The notes under the pieces are model-generated. The model saw only the letters and a program-made list of their open reading frames with translations. It did no database searches and was not told where the DNA came from. From the NCBI GenBank assembly GCA_017470645.1, contig JAFUYJ010000023.1, positions 34,767 through 98,766 on the forward strand: a stretch of 64,000 nt of DNA, written 5' to 3'. The stretch is from Clostridia bacterium. Its GTDB lineage: Bacteria > Bacillota > Clostridia > TANB77 > CAG-508. A program made the position numbers and the translations under genes. This document shows positions 48,776 through 57,682 of this stretch, piece after piece (the first letter of the stretch is position 1; the number at the start of each line of letters is the position of its first letter).

Positions 48776-51343
48776 ATGAAAATAATAGTAAAACACGTAT
48801 TAAAAAATATTAAAGAAAAGAAAATTAGAAGTTTAATTATAGTATTGTCGTTAATTGCAGTATCTATAATTACAATGATTTGCGTATCAATGGGGGATGA
48901 GCTTGAAGAAAAGTATGTTCAAACGTTGAGAGGTGTAGCAGGAGATGTTGATTTAACTGTAAATGTAAAACAGACAACAGATGTTGAAAAAATTGGTGAT
49001 AAAGAAGACTTATCTTCAACAGATGGTGTTAGCAAACTTGATTTATCAAAATTAAATTTACCAAAAGATAAAGTTAGCGTTGCTTCAATTGTTTCAAATC
49101 CAGTTAAAATCGAATATAAAGATGATTATAAATATGCTCTAATTCAAGGGTTTGATCTTAAAGAAGCAGTTGAAATGAGAACATTTAAAAACAATGATAT
49201 TGCTAATCTACAAGAAAACGAAATTGCAATAACAGAAAATACAGCTAAAGACTTAAATGTAAAAGTTGGAGAATATGTTAATGTTATTAAAGAAGATGAA
49301 TCTAAAATTGCTTTGAAAGTAGCAATAATTGCTGAGAAGAAAGGTTATTTCTGCCAAGAAGCAAATAACATTAATATGTTAGTATGTAGCAAGCAAACCG
49401 CTCAAAAAATATTAGGATTTAATGAAAATGAAGTTTCTTCTCTTTTTGTAAAATGTAATGATAGTAAACAGTCTAAAGAAATAAAAGATGAAATTATTAA
49501 TAGCAATAAAGATTATGAAGTAACAGTACAAGAATTTATAGATGCTGAAATGCTTGAAGAAGCAACTGTTTCTATAATGCAAATATTTATCTTATTACTA
49601 GCAATTATATTAGTTATGGTATTTTTTGTAATAAGTTCATTATCTAAAATTATAATCAATGAGAGAATTCCTATAATAGGAACATTCAGAAGTATTGGAG
49701 CAACAAAAACAAAAATGAACTTAATCTTAGTACTTGAAAACGCTATATATGGTTTAGTTGGAGGAACAATTGGAGCTATTATAGGAGCTAATATTAAAAG
49801 CTCGGTTTCTGGTATTTTCTTCCAAGCAGGTGATGGAATTGAAATTGCTAAAACAAATGGAACTGTTCCGTTTATATACATAATAGCAGTAATTGCTATT
49901 GCAGTAATACTACAAATTCTTATGTCTTTAACAGCAATCATCAAGAATAATAGAAGACCTATTAAAGAGATAATTTTCAACACAAAGACTGCTAAATACA
50001 AAAAATCTTATGTGAAAACCGGATTAGGAATTGTACTAGCAATATTAGCTGTTGTATTATACAAAATCAATACAAAGGGAAATGCAGGTATAGCATTGGG
50101 TGCATTAATGTCTGCAACAATAGCATTAGCACTTGAAGTACCACTTGTTTTAAGCATTTTTTCTAAGATATTTAAATTTATAGCTGATAAATTAAACATG
50201 CCAGTTTTAAGCTTGGCAAGCAGTAATATAAAAAATAATAAATCTATAATAAATAGTTCAGAGTTAATAGCTGTAAGTTTATCTTGTATGCTTACATTAT
50301 ATATGATTATTTCATCAACAACAGCAATATTTACAGCTTTTGAAAAAACATTTAAATCGGATCTTTTAATTGAGTATCCATCATACAAAATTGAGGAATA
50401 TGAATATATTAAAGATATAGAAAATGTTGATGATATTTATCCAGAGTATTATGCTTCAAATGTAAAAATAAATGATAGTGAAAAAACTGATTTAATTGTA
50501 GTAGCAAAACACGGTGCAGATAAAAGATTAAAATTTGTTGATGAATTTGTAGTTGATGAAGAAAAATACAACAACTTAAAATATGATGAAATCATTTTAG
50601 ACGAATTAGTTTTAAATAAATATGATTTGAAAGTTGGAGATACTTGTAAGCTAACATTAAATTGTAAGAGTGAAGATAAAAATTGCATTATAGAACAAGA
50701 TGTTAAAATTATTGCATCTTGTGATAGTACGCAATTCTCAACTTCAAGACAAACTGCTATTATAGATTTGGAATTATACAAAAAAGCATATGGAGCAGTA
50801 CCATCAATGATTTTAATAAATATAAAAGATAAAGGGAAAGTTGAAGATACGCTGAATGAACTTAAAAACAAAGTAGATGATTTTGGAGTAACAATTGAAA
50901 CTAAAACTACATATATTGACACTCAAAAATCTCAAGTAATGTCACTAATTTCAGCCTTTTCAGCTTTAATGGGAATGGGAGTTATACTTTCATTTATAGG
51001 TATAATTAATAATCAACTTATTAGTTTTATGCAAAGAAAACGTGAATTTGCGATGTTATATTCAACAAGTATGAGCAAAAAACAATTAAAGAGATTAATT
51101 ACATTAGAAACAGCACTTTCATTTGGAGCAATGAGCATTTTTGCTTTAGTAGTAAGCTATGGAATGAGATTTATTGCGGATGCTGGAATGAAAGCAATGA
51201 CTATATGTGTACCAATTATATATGATTTTAAAGGTTTATTATTAATAACTTTAGGTGTATATGTACTAATGGTATTTACAAGTATTGCACCAAAACGTAA
51301 ATTAAGAAAAATGAAAGTAATTGATGAAATCAAATATGAATAA
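48776..51343 (+). CDS. ABC transporter permease with two FtsX-like domains (MacB-type)
   Basis: About 855 aa. N-terminus LKNIKEKKIRSLIIVLSLIA, two large extracytoplasmic domains and two 4-TM FtsX blocks (RIPIIGTFRSIGATK; REFAMLYSTSMSKKQ). Start at ATG 48776 after AAAGGAAA. Confidence 0.75.
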   Translation: MKIIVKHVLKNIKEKKIRSLIIVLSLIAVSIITMICVSMGDELEEKYVQTLRGVAGDVDLTVNVKQTTDVEKIGDKEDLSSTDGVSKLDLSKLNLPKDKVSVASIVSNPVKIEYKDDYKYALIQGFDLKEAVEMRTFKNNDIANLQENEIAITENTAKDLNVKVGEYVNVIKEDESKIALKVAIIAEKKGYFCQEANNINMLVCSKQTAQKILGFNENEVSSLFVKCNDSKQSKEIKDEIINSNKDYEVTVQEFIDAEMLEEATVSIMQIFILLLAIILVMVFFVISSLSKIIINERIPIIGTFRSIGATKTKMNLILVLENAIYGLVGGTIGAIIGANIKSSVSGIFFQAGDGIEIAKTNGTVPFIYIIAVIAIAVILQILMSLTAIIKNNRRPIKEIIFNTKTAKYKKSYVKTGLGIVLAILAVVLYKINTKGNAGIALGALMSATIALALEVPLVLSIFSKIFKFIADKLNMPVLSLASSNIKNNKSIINSSELIAVSLSCMLTLYMIISSTTAIFTAFEKTFKSDLLIEYPSYKIEEYEYIKDIENVDDIYPEYYASNVKINDSEKTDLIVVAKHGADKRLKFVDEFVVDEEKYNNLKYDEIILDELVLNKYDLKVGDTCKLTLNCKSEDKNCIIEQDVKIIASCDSTQFSTSRQTAIIDLELYKKAYGAVPSMILINIKDKGKVEDTLNELKNKVDDFGVTIETKTTYIDTQKSQVMSLISAFSALMGMGVILSFIGIINNQLISFMQRKREFAMLYSTSMSKKQLKRLITLETALSFGAMSIFALVVSYGMRFIADAGMKAMTICVPIIYDFKGLLLITLGVYVLMVFTSIAPKRKLRKMKVIDEIKYE

Positions 51344-51358
51344 TAAGGAGGATTATAA

Positions 51359-52033
51359 ATGGAAGATATTATATGTGTAAAAAATGTTTATAAAAACTTT
51401 GGAACTAAAAAGAATGAAGTTGAAGTATTAAAAGATATTAATATCAACATAAAAAAAGGTGAATTTGTATCTTTAATGGGGCAATCTGGTAGTGGTAAAT
51501 CAACTCTGTTATATTTAATAGGAGGACTTGATAACCCTACAAAAGGAACAATAGAGATTGCGGGAAAAGATATTAGAAAAATGAAAGATAGAGCTAAATC
51601 AAAAATGCGAAGACAAGATATTGGATTTGTTTTCCAATTTTATAACTTAGTACCAAACTTAACAGTTGAGGAAAATATTTTACTACCCGTTGTTATGGAT
51701 GGTAAAGGTAAAGCAAAATATAAAGATGCTTTAGATGAAATTTTAAAAATTGTTGGTCTAGAAGATAAAAGAAAATGCCTACCAAGACAACTATCAGGTG
51801 GTCAACAACAAAGAGTATCAATAGCAAGAGCTGTAATAATGAATCCATCAATCATTTTAGCAGATGAAGCTACAGGAAACTTAGACAGTAAATCTGGAAA
51901 AGATGTTATGGAATTATTCAGCAAAATTAATAAAGAAAAAAATATTACAATTTTACAAGTTACTCACTCACAAGAAATTGCTGATTATGGTCATAGAACA
52001 ATTCATTTAAAAGATGGATGTATTGTAGAATAG
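51359..52033 (+). CDS. ABC transporter ATP-binding protein (MacB/LolD-like)
   Basis: GQSGSGKSTL, FVFQFYNL, LSGGQQQRVSIARA, ILADEATGNLD, VTHS. Confidence 0.92.
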   Translation: MEDIICVKNVYKNFGTKKNEVEVLKDININIKKGEFVSLMGQSGSGKSTLLYLIGGLDNPTKGTIEIAGKDIRKMKDRAKSKMRRQDIGFVFQFYNLVPNLTVEENILLPVVMDGKGKAKYKDALDEILKIVGLEDKRKCLPRQLSGGQQQRVSIARAVIMNPSIILADEATGNLDSKSGKDVMELFSKINKEKNITILQVTHSQEIADYGHRTIHLKDGCIVE

Positions 52034-52045
52034 AGTACAACTTTC

Positions 52046-52128
52046 AAAATCCCCTTTCTTAGAATAATATATGTATATCTATACAAATTTTAGTAGATAA
52101 TATATTTATGTTTAAGAAAGGGGATTTT
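52046..52128 (+). promoter_or_regulatory. Long hairpin whose 3-prime arm contains the ytxC-like Shine-Dalgarno sequence
   Basis: AAAATCCCCTTTCTTA (52046-52061) pairs perfectly with TAAGAAAGGGGATTTT (52113-52128). The loop is 51 nt. T-run, then ATG at 52133. Confidence 0.45.
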
Positions 52129-52132
52129 TTTA

Positions 52133-52978
52133 ATGAAGTCATTTTGTATAAAAAACAATAACAACCTAATTCTTGATTATCTACTAGCAGAATTAAAAAC
52201 AATCAATTTAGAAAACACGTATATATCACAAAAGAAATTTAAGTATTATAAGAACATAATAGTACATTATACAGGCAAAAACGAAAGCGATTTTATATAC
52301 AAGTTGTCCGAAATTCTAACAAGCTGTATAACGAAATTCTACGAAAAAAACATTGTGAAAAGAGTTATTAACTGTGATTTTTTCTATTTTGATTCAAAAG
52401 AAAAGGGAATGATTTATAATAACTGCTTTGAGATTTTACAAGATGAAAATTCAGATGAATTCATTAATCGAAAAGAAAAAATTTTTTCGTGTTTAGTTGA
52501 CTATATTTCAGAAAATAAATATTTTATATTAGATGGCTTTGTTAATTTTAGATTATTTGAATACAATTCTTTAATAGAAGAATGCGTAGATAGCGCAGTT
52601 AATAAATATATAATAGATAAGGAGTATAAAGAATTTATAGAATTATTACGCGGATATATAAATTCTCAAAATAGCAGAACTGGTACAATTCATGTTATAT
52701 ATTCAAACGCAGAGCCAATTTTGTTAGATGAGAAACAAAATATTTTGGTATATGACAATCAATTTGAACATCCGAAGTATTTGTCGGATATAACTTTTTC
52801 GTCAAAGGATTATTGCTTAAATGCTTTGCTTAATTTGCTGCCAAAGAAAATTGTAGTTCATATGCTCACTACAGAAGATGAATTTATTGAGACTTTAAAG
52901 TTGATTTTTGGTAAGAAATTAATGATTTGCAAGGAGTGTAATATTTGTAAAACTTTTACATTGCTTAATGTTCATTAG
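52133..52978 (+). CDS. ytxC: YtxC-like putative sporulation protein
   Basis: LDGFVNFRLFEY...DSAVNKYIIDKEYKEFIELLRGYI resembles the YtxC family core. 281 aa. Confidence 0.5.
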   Translation: MKSFCIKNNNNLILDYLLAELKTINLENTYISQKKFKYYKNIIVHYTGKNESDFIYKLSEILTSCITKFYEKNIVKRVINCDFFYFDSKEKGMIYNNCFEILQDENSDEFINRKEKIFSCLVDYISENKYFILDGFVNFRLFEYNSLIEECVDSAVNKYIIDKEYKEFIELLRGYINSQNSRTGTIHVIYSNAEPILLDEKQNILVYDNQFEHPKYLSDITFSSKDYCLNALLNLLPKKIVVHMLTTEDEFIETLKLIFGKKLMICKECNICKTFTLLNVH

Positions 52979-53099
52979 TAATAAAAACAAATCCCTCATA
53001 TGAAGATATGGGGGATTTGTTGATATATAAAGTTGAAATATAATCAATTTTATGTTAAAATAATTGAAGTATTTATGAAATTTGTAAGGAAGTGAAAGA

Positions 53100-54038
53100 A
53101 TGGTAAATAAAGATAAAAATAGAGATAAGAATGTTGGTGAAGAATTAGATTCAAAAATAAATATAAACTGGTTTCCAGGCCATATGGCAAAAACCAAAAG
53201 ACAAATAATTGAAGATTTAAAGTTAATAGATGTTGTGGTTGAAATTTTAGACGCAAGAATACCAGTATCAAGTCAAAATCCTGATGTTAAAGGATATACT
53301 AAAAATAAGAAAAAGGTGGTAGTTTTAAATAAATCAGATTTGGCTGATGAAAATGAAACAAAAAAATGGGTGAAGTATTTTGCTGAAAAAGGTATTCCTG
53401 CAGTTGTTACTGATGCAAATAGTGGTAAAGGAATAAACGAAGTAATAAGAGCAGTAAAGGAAGTAGCAAAAGAAGCACAAGATAAATTCGCTGGTAAAGG
53501 AAGAGTTGGAAGATCAATTAGAATAATGATTTTAGGAATTCCAAACGTAGGAAAATCATCATTCATAAATAGAATAACAAAGAAAAACTCAGCACAGGTA
53601 GGAAATCGCCCTGGTGTTACAAGACAGAAACAATGGATTAGAATTGAAGATGGAATAGAATTAATGGACACACCAGGTGTATTATGGCCAAAATTTGAAT
53701 CAGAAGAAGTAGGGTTACACTTAGCATTTACAGGTTCTATAAAAGATGATATTTTAGAAAAAACAGAAATTGTATATCAATTATTAAGATTTTTGGTTAA
53801 CAACTATTTAAAGAATGTTATTGAACGATATAAGTTAGACGAAAATCAAGTTGATGAAATATTAAAATCTGATTTAGAAGAAAATGGAAAAATTGTAGAG
53901 ATAATGGAAACTATAGCAAAGAAAAGAGGAGCAATTTTGTCTGGTGGAAGAATTGATTATGAAAAGGTTTCTATTATTTTGCTAGATGAGTTTAGAAGCG
54001 GAAAATTAGGAAAAATTACGATTGAAAAGAGGGATTAG
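53100..54038 (+). CDS. rbgA: Ribosome biogenesis GTPase A (YlqF/RbgA)
   Basis: INWFPGHMAKTKRQI, circularly permuted GTPase (LNKSDL before GIPNVGKSSFIN), DTPGVLWPKF. Confidence 0.88.
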   Translation: MVNKDKNRDKNVGEELDSKININWFPGHMAKTKRQIIEDLKLIDVVVEILDARIPVSSQNPDVKGYTKNKKKVVVLNKSDLADENETKKWVKYFAEKGIPAVVTDANSGKGINEVIRAVKEVAKEAQDKFAGKGRVGRSIRIMILGIPNVGKSSFINRITKKNSAQVGNRPGVTRQKQWIRIEDGIELMDTPGVLWPKFESEEVGLHLAFTGSIKDDILEKTEIVYQLLRFLVNNYLKNVIERYKLDENQVDEILKSDLEENGKIVEIMETIAKKRGAILSGGRIDYEKVSIILLDEFRSGKLGKITIEKRD

Positions 54039-54046
54039 TAATTTAA

Positions 54047-54439
54047 ATGGAATTAATAAATAGAGAAAAAAATGAAATGGATGTAAACATGTTATCACCA
54101 TTAACATGGGCTTATGTTGGTGATGCTATTTATGAATTATACATAAGAACAAATTTAGTGAATAATACTAAATTAAAACCACATAAATTACATATTGAGT
54201 CAATCAAATATGTTAAAGCGAAAGCTCAAGCCGATATTTTAAAGAGGATTGAGACTAGTTTAACGGATGAGGAGAAGGACATAGTAAGAAGAGCGAGAAA
54301 TGCTGAGAATCACCATTTACCTAAAAATGCAGATCCAGCTGATTACATGTATTCAACTGCGTTTGAAGGGTTGATAGGATTTTTATATCTTACTAAAAAA
54401 GATGAAAGATTAAAAGAAATTTTAAAAATGTGCATGTAA
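54047..54439 (+). CDS. mrnC: Mini-ribonuclease 3
   Basis: LTWAYVGDAIYELYIR...RRARNA...YMYSTAFEGLIGFLYL. Confidence 0.8.
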   Translation: MELINREKNEMDVNMLSPLTWAYVGDAIYELYIRTNLVNNTKLKPHKLHIESIKYVKAKAQADILKRIETSLTDEEKDIVRRARNAENHHLPKNADPADYMYSTAFEGLIGFLYLTKKDERLKEILKMCM

Positions 54440-54493
54440 CCATTGACTATTTTGTGTGAAATATGGTATAAATATAAAGTAGCACAAAAATAT

Positions 54494-54568
54494 GGCCCGT
54501 TGGTCAAGCGGTTAAGACGCGGCCCTCTCAAGGCCGAATCATGGGTTCGATTCCCGTACGGGTCACCA
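54494..54568 (+). tRNA. tRNA-Glu (anticodon CUC), CCA encoded
   Basis: GGCCCGTTGGTCAAGCGGTTAAGACGCGGCCCTCTCAAGGCCGAATCATGGGTTCGATTCCCGTACGGGTCACCA. Acceptor GGCCCGT/ACGGGTC. Anticodon stem CGGCC/GGCCG with loop CTCTCAA. T-arm GGGTTCGATTCCC. Close to Bacillus tRNA-Glu. Confidence 0.88.
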
Positions 54569-54572
54569 ATTA

Positions 54573-54612
54573 AAAAAGTATCAATTATACACAAATATAA
54601 TTGATACTTTTT
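54573..54612. terminator. Bidirectional terminator between tRNA-Glu and gpr
   Basis: AAAAAGTATCAATTATA-cacaaa-TATAATTGATACTTTTT. Confidence 0.8.
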
Positions 54613-54617
54613 GTCTT

Positions 54618-55550
54618 TTATACAGCAAAATTAATAGCTTTGGCAACAACATCTTTCATATTTTCAATTAAGTCATCAATTTCTTTAGGAGTGACAATCA
54701 TATTGTATCCGCTAGGGTTTAAACTTTCTTTAATTTCTTCATAATTATCATGTTCTTTTAGGTCATTTAAGTAATTGTTAGATTTAGCTTCATTTTGCAA
54801 TTTTCCAATAAATAAATCAAGACAATCATTTACTAAAACAGCAGATTCAACAACCATGGGTACTCCAATTGCAATAACTGGAATTCCAATTGTGTTTTCA
54901 CTTAGTTCTTCTCTAGCATTTCCAACTCCACCGCCAGGAACTATGCCTGTATCGGAAATTTGTACTGTGCTGCTAATTCTTTCAATACTCTTAGAAGCTA
55001 AGCTATCAATTACTATTAACATTTTAGGTTTTACGTTATCAACAATTCCTTTTATTATTTCGGATGTTTCTATACCGGTTGTACCAAGAACTCCTGGGGC
55101 AATTGCACATACAGATCGAGTTCCTTCAGCTACGTATTGAGGAGTATATTTTATAAAATGTTTGGTTACGTCTATTTCTGAAACAACTTTTGGTCCAAGA
55201 GAATCAGGTGTTACAAATTGATTGCCTAAACCAACTACAAGAATTTCATCGGTGCTGTTACAATGGGTGTTTATTATTTTTTGCAATTCGTCTTTTACTA
55301 CTTCAGATGCTTTATTTATATCATCATCGGTGGCGAGTTTTAAATTCTTTATATCAATTGTGACGTATGTTCCAATGGGTTTGCCAATTGCTTGTTCTCC
55401 TTGTGCATCAGTGATTTTTACGATGTTTGTTTTTATGTTGTTATCTATTATTTTTTCTTCAGTTTCTATACCGAGGATGCTGTTGAGATTGTTAGCTTTT
55501 TGGTAAATGTCGCGCCTTTCGTCGGCCATGTCTGTTCTAAAATTGTACAT
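54618..55550 (-). CDS. gpr: Germination protease (spore SASP endopeptidase GPR)
   Basis: MYNFRTDMADERRD (RTDLA.E motif), GTYVTI, VVGLGNQFVTPDSLGP, IAPGVLGTTGIET, VIDSLA, DTGI.PG.GVGN. Confidence 0.88.
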   Translation of the reverse strand: MYNFRTDMADERRDIYQKANNLNSILGIETEEKIIDNNIKTNIVKITDAQGEQAIGKPIGTYVTIDIKNLKLATDDDINKASEVVKDELQKIINTHCNSTDEILVVGLGNQFVTPDSLGPKVVSEIDVTKHFIKYTPQYVAEGTRSVCAIAPGVLGTTGIETSEIIKGIVDNVKPKMLIVIDSLASKSIERISSTVQISDTGIVPGGGVGNAREELSENTIGIPVIAIGVPMVVESAVLVNDCLDLFIGKLQNEAKSNNYLNDLKEHDNYEEIKESLNPSGYNMIVTPKEIDDLIENMKDVVAKAINFAV

Positions 55551-55576
55551 TGTGTTACCTCGCTTTCTTTGATTTA

Positions 55577-55605
55577 TAGTATTTCTAATTTTTTGGTTTT
55601 TATTC
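55577..55605 (-). promoter_or_regulatory. Forespore-type (sigma-F/sigma-G-like) promoter of gpr
   Basis: On the minus strand: GAATA (55605-55601), 18 nt, aATACTA (55583-55577). Resembles the sigma-G consensus gHATR-N17/18-CATxHTA. B. subtilis gpr is sigma-F/G dependent. Confidence 0.4.
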
Positions 55606-55634
55606 TTGAATTGGTGTTGGTTTTGAAGTTAGCC

Positions 55635-55847
55635 GTACTAAATTACTAAAAGCCAATGAAGACATTACTTTGTGAGTTTCGCCCCAACTACGAACTAAGA
55701 GTAAGAATCTTTCGTGCAAGATTGGGTGTAGTGATTAGAAATGAGTGTCTTTTGCACGAAATTTTCTAACTCTTACTAGCTTGTCGGTCCCCACCTTGAC
55801 TTCACTTCACAAAGTAATGTCTTCATTGGCTTTTAGTAATTTAGTAC
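55635..55847. repeat. 213-bp element with perfect 41-bp terminal inverted repeats and a GC-enriched, partly self-complementary core
   Basis: GTACTAAATTACTAAAAGCCAATGAAGACATTACTTTGTGA (55635-55675) is the exact reverse complement of 55807-55847. Inner pairing AAGAGTAAGAATCTTTCGTGCAA / TTGCACGAAATTTTCTAACTCTT. Between the outer arms and this inner stem sits an unpaired bubble with CGCCCCAAC on the left strand and CGGTCCCCACC on the right. Confidence 0.9.
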
Positions 55848-55899
55848 TACTCTATGGAAATATGTTGAAAATTGTCGAAAAGTTTTTATGAAAAACATA

Positions 55900-55943
55900 T
55901 TGACTTTTAATTTTAATCAGAGTAAAATAAAAACATAAGTTCG
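55900..55943 (+). promoter_or_regulatory. recN sigma-A promoter followed by a degenerate LexA (Cheo) box
   Basis: TTGACT (55900-55905), 17 nt, TAAAAT (55923-55928). AAAACATAAGTTCG (55930-55943) compared with consensus CGAACRNRYGTTCG. Confidence 0.4.
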
Positions 55944-55961
55944 ACAAAAGGAGGTTCGCAT

Positions 55962-57590
55962 ATGATTAGTACGATGCATATAAAAAATATCGGAATTATT
56001 GAGGATTTAACAGTAGAGTTTAATAATGGATTTAATGTTTTAACTGGTGAAACAGGTGCTGGGAAAACATTGATTATAGATTCACTAGGAATCATTTCAG
56101 GTGATAGATTTTCTAAAGAAATGATAAGAAAGGGAGAGAATCATTCTTTTGTTGAGTTAAATCTATTTTTACCAGAAAATGAAAATTCGGTTGATGGAAG
56201 TGTAGTAGTTTCAAGGGAAATTTATGATAATGGAAGAAACACATGTAAAATAAATGGGAGATTAGTAACTGTAAATGAATTAAAAGAGTTTATGAGCAGT
56301 ATTATAGATATACATGGACAGAACGATAATCAGACTTTAATGAGAAAGCAGGAACATATTAAATATTTAGATAATTTTATAGGAAATGATATTCTAAAGT
56401 TGAAAATAGAGTATTTAGATTTATTTAATAATTACAACTCGATTCAAAAAGAATTAAAGGAAAATTATGGCGATGAGAAAGAAAAACAACGTAAACTTGA
56501 TTTATTAAAATATCAATTAGATGAGATTGAAGAAGCAAATTTGAAAGTAGGGGAAGAAGAAGAACTAGATGAACTACATCAGCTTATGAAAAATTCGGAA
56601 AAAATATATACAAACCTTGAAGAAATACAGGAAAATCTTAGTAATAGTGCAATAGAAGCAATCAATAATTCAATTAGGTGTTTTGAGAAAATAGAAAATT
56701 TAGGGGAGAAATATCAAAATAAATTAACTGAATTAAAAAATGTGTATTATGAGGTTCAAGAATTATCAAGGGATGTTTCTGATATGAATAGTGAATTATT
56801 CTTTGATGAAGAAAAGAGAAATGAGGTAGAAAGTAGATTAGATTTAATATATTCATTAAAAAGAAAATATGGCAATAGTGTTGATGAAATTCTTGAATAT
56901 AAAGAAAAAATAGAGAAGGAAATATTTAATATTGAAAACTGTGAAGAACATAACAATGAGCTAAAAACGAAATTAGATATATTAGACAGCAAAATGTTTA
57001 TAATATGTGAAAAAATGAACAATTTACGCGAAAAAAACAGCAAAAAATTAAGCGAAAATATTAACAAAGAGCTAGTAGATTTAGAAATGCCAAATGCTAA
57101 GTTTTCAGTATATAGCAAATTTAACAGCAACAAGAGTTATACAGAAAACGGATTAAATGAAATTGAATTTTTAATTTCAACAAATGTTGGAGATGATGCT
57201 AAGCCATTAGCTAAAATTGCTTCTGGTGGTGAAATCTCAAGAATTATGCTCGCTATAAAAACTGTTTTAGCTGATTCAGATAAAGTTCCAGTTTTAATAT
57301 TTGATGAAATAGATACAGGAATAAGTGGAAAAGCAGCAAAATCTGTTGGGGAGAAAATAAAAATAATATCAAGAAAACATCAAGTTTTATGCGTAACACA
57401 TCAACCAAGCATAGCTGCAAAAGGTGATTACAACTATTATATCAATAAAAAAGTTAAAAATGGAAAAACAGCTACAGATATAAAATTATTAAATGAACAA
57501 GAAGTTATAAATGAAATTGCAAGAATTTCAAGTGGAGATGTAACTATTACTTCAATAAATCACGCTAAAGAATTAAGAAAAGCTTGCTAA
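55962..57590 (+). CDS. recN: DNA repair protein RecN
   Basis: IKNIGIIEDLTVEFNNGFNVLTGETGAGKTLIIDSL, a long coiled coil, ASGGEISRIMLAIK, LIFDEIDTGISG, CVTHQP. Confidence 0.92.
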   Translation: MISTMHIKNIGIIEDLTVEFNNGFNVLTGETGAGKTLIIDSLGIISGDRFSKEMIRKGENHSFVELNLFLPENENSVDGSVVVSREIYDNGRNTCKINGRLVTVNELKEFMSSIIDIHGQNDNQTLMRKQEHIKYLDNFIGNDILKLKIEYLDLFNNYNSIQKELKENYGDEKEKQRKLDLLKYQLDEIEEANLKVGEEEELDELHQLMKNSEKIYTNLEEIQENLSNSAIEAINNSIRCFEKIENLGEKYQNKLTELKNVYYEVQELSRDVSDMNSELFFDEEKRNEVESRLDLIYSLKRKYGNSVDEILEYKEKIEKEIFNIENCEEHNNELKTKLDILDSKMFIICEKMNNLREKNSKKLSENINKELVDLEMPNAKFSVYSKFNSNKSYTENGLNEIEFLISTNVGDDAKPLAKIASGGEISRIMLAIKTVLADSDKVPVLIFDEIDTGISGKAAKSVGEKIKIISRKHQVLCVTHQPSIAAKGDYNYYINKKVKNGKTATDIKLLNEQEVINEIARISSGDVTITSINHAKELRKAC

Positions 57591-57682
57591 AAAGAATAAA
57601 GAAAAACTCCCAAAACTATTTACTTTTAAGGCATTTTAATATATAATACTGTAAGTTTAGTAAATAAAAGGAGGAACGGCTT

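Noticed and set aside
55635-55847. Interpreting the 213-bp hairpin as 6S RNA (closing stem, central bubble, terminal stem).
   Set aside because: The overall shape is reminiscent of 6S RNA. However, a 41-bp closing stem with zero mismatches or bulges is unlike known 6S RNAs, and I see no promoter or terminator framing it on either strand. It is kept as an open finding rather than annotated as ssrS.
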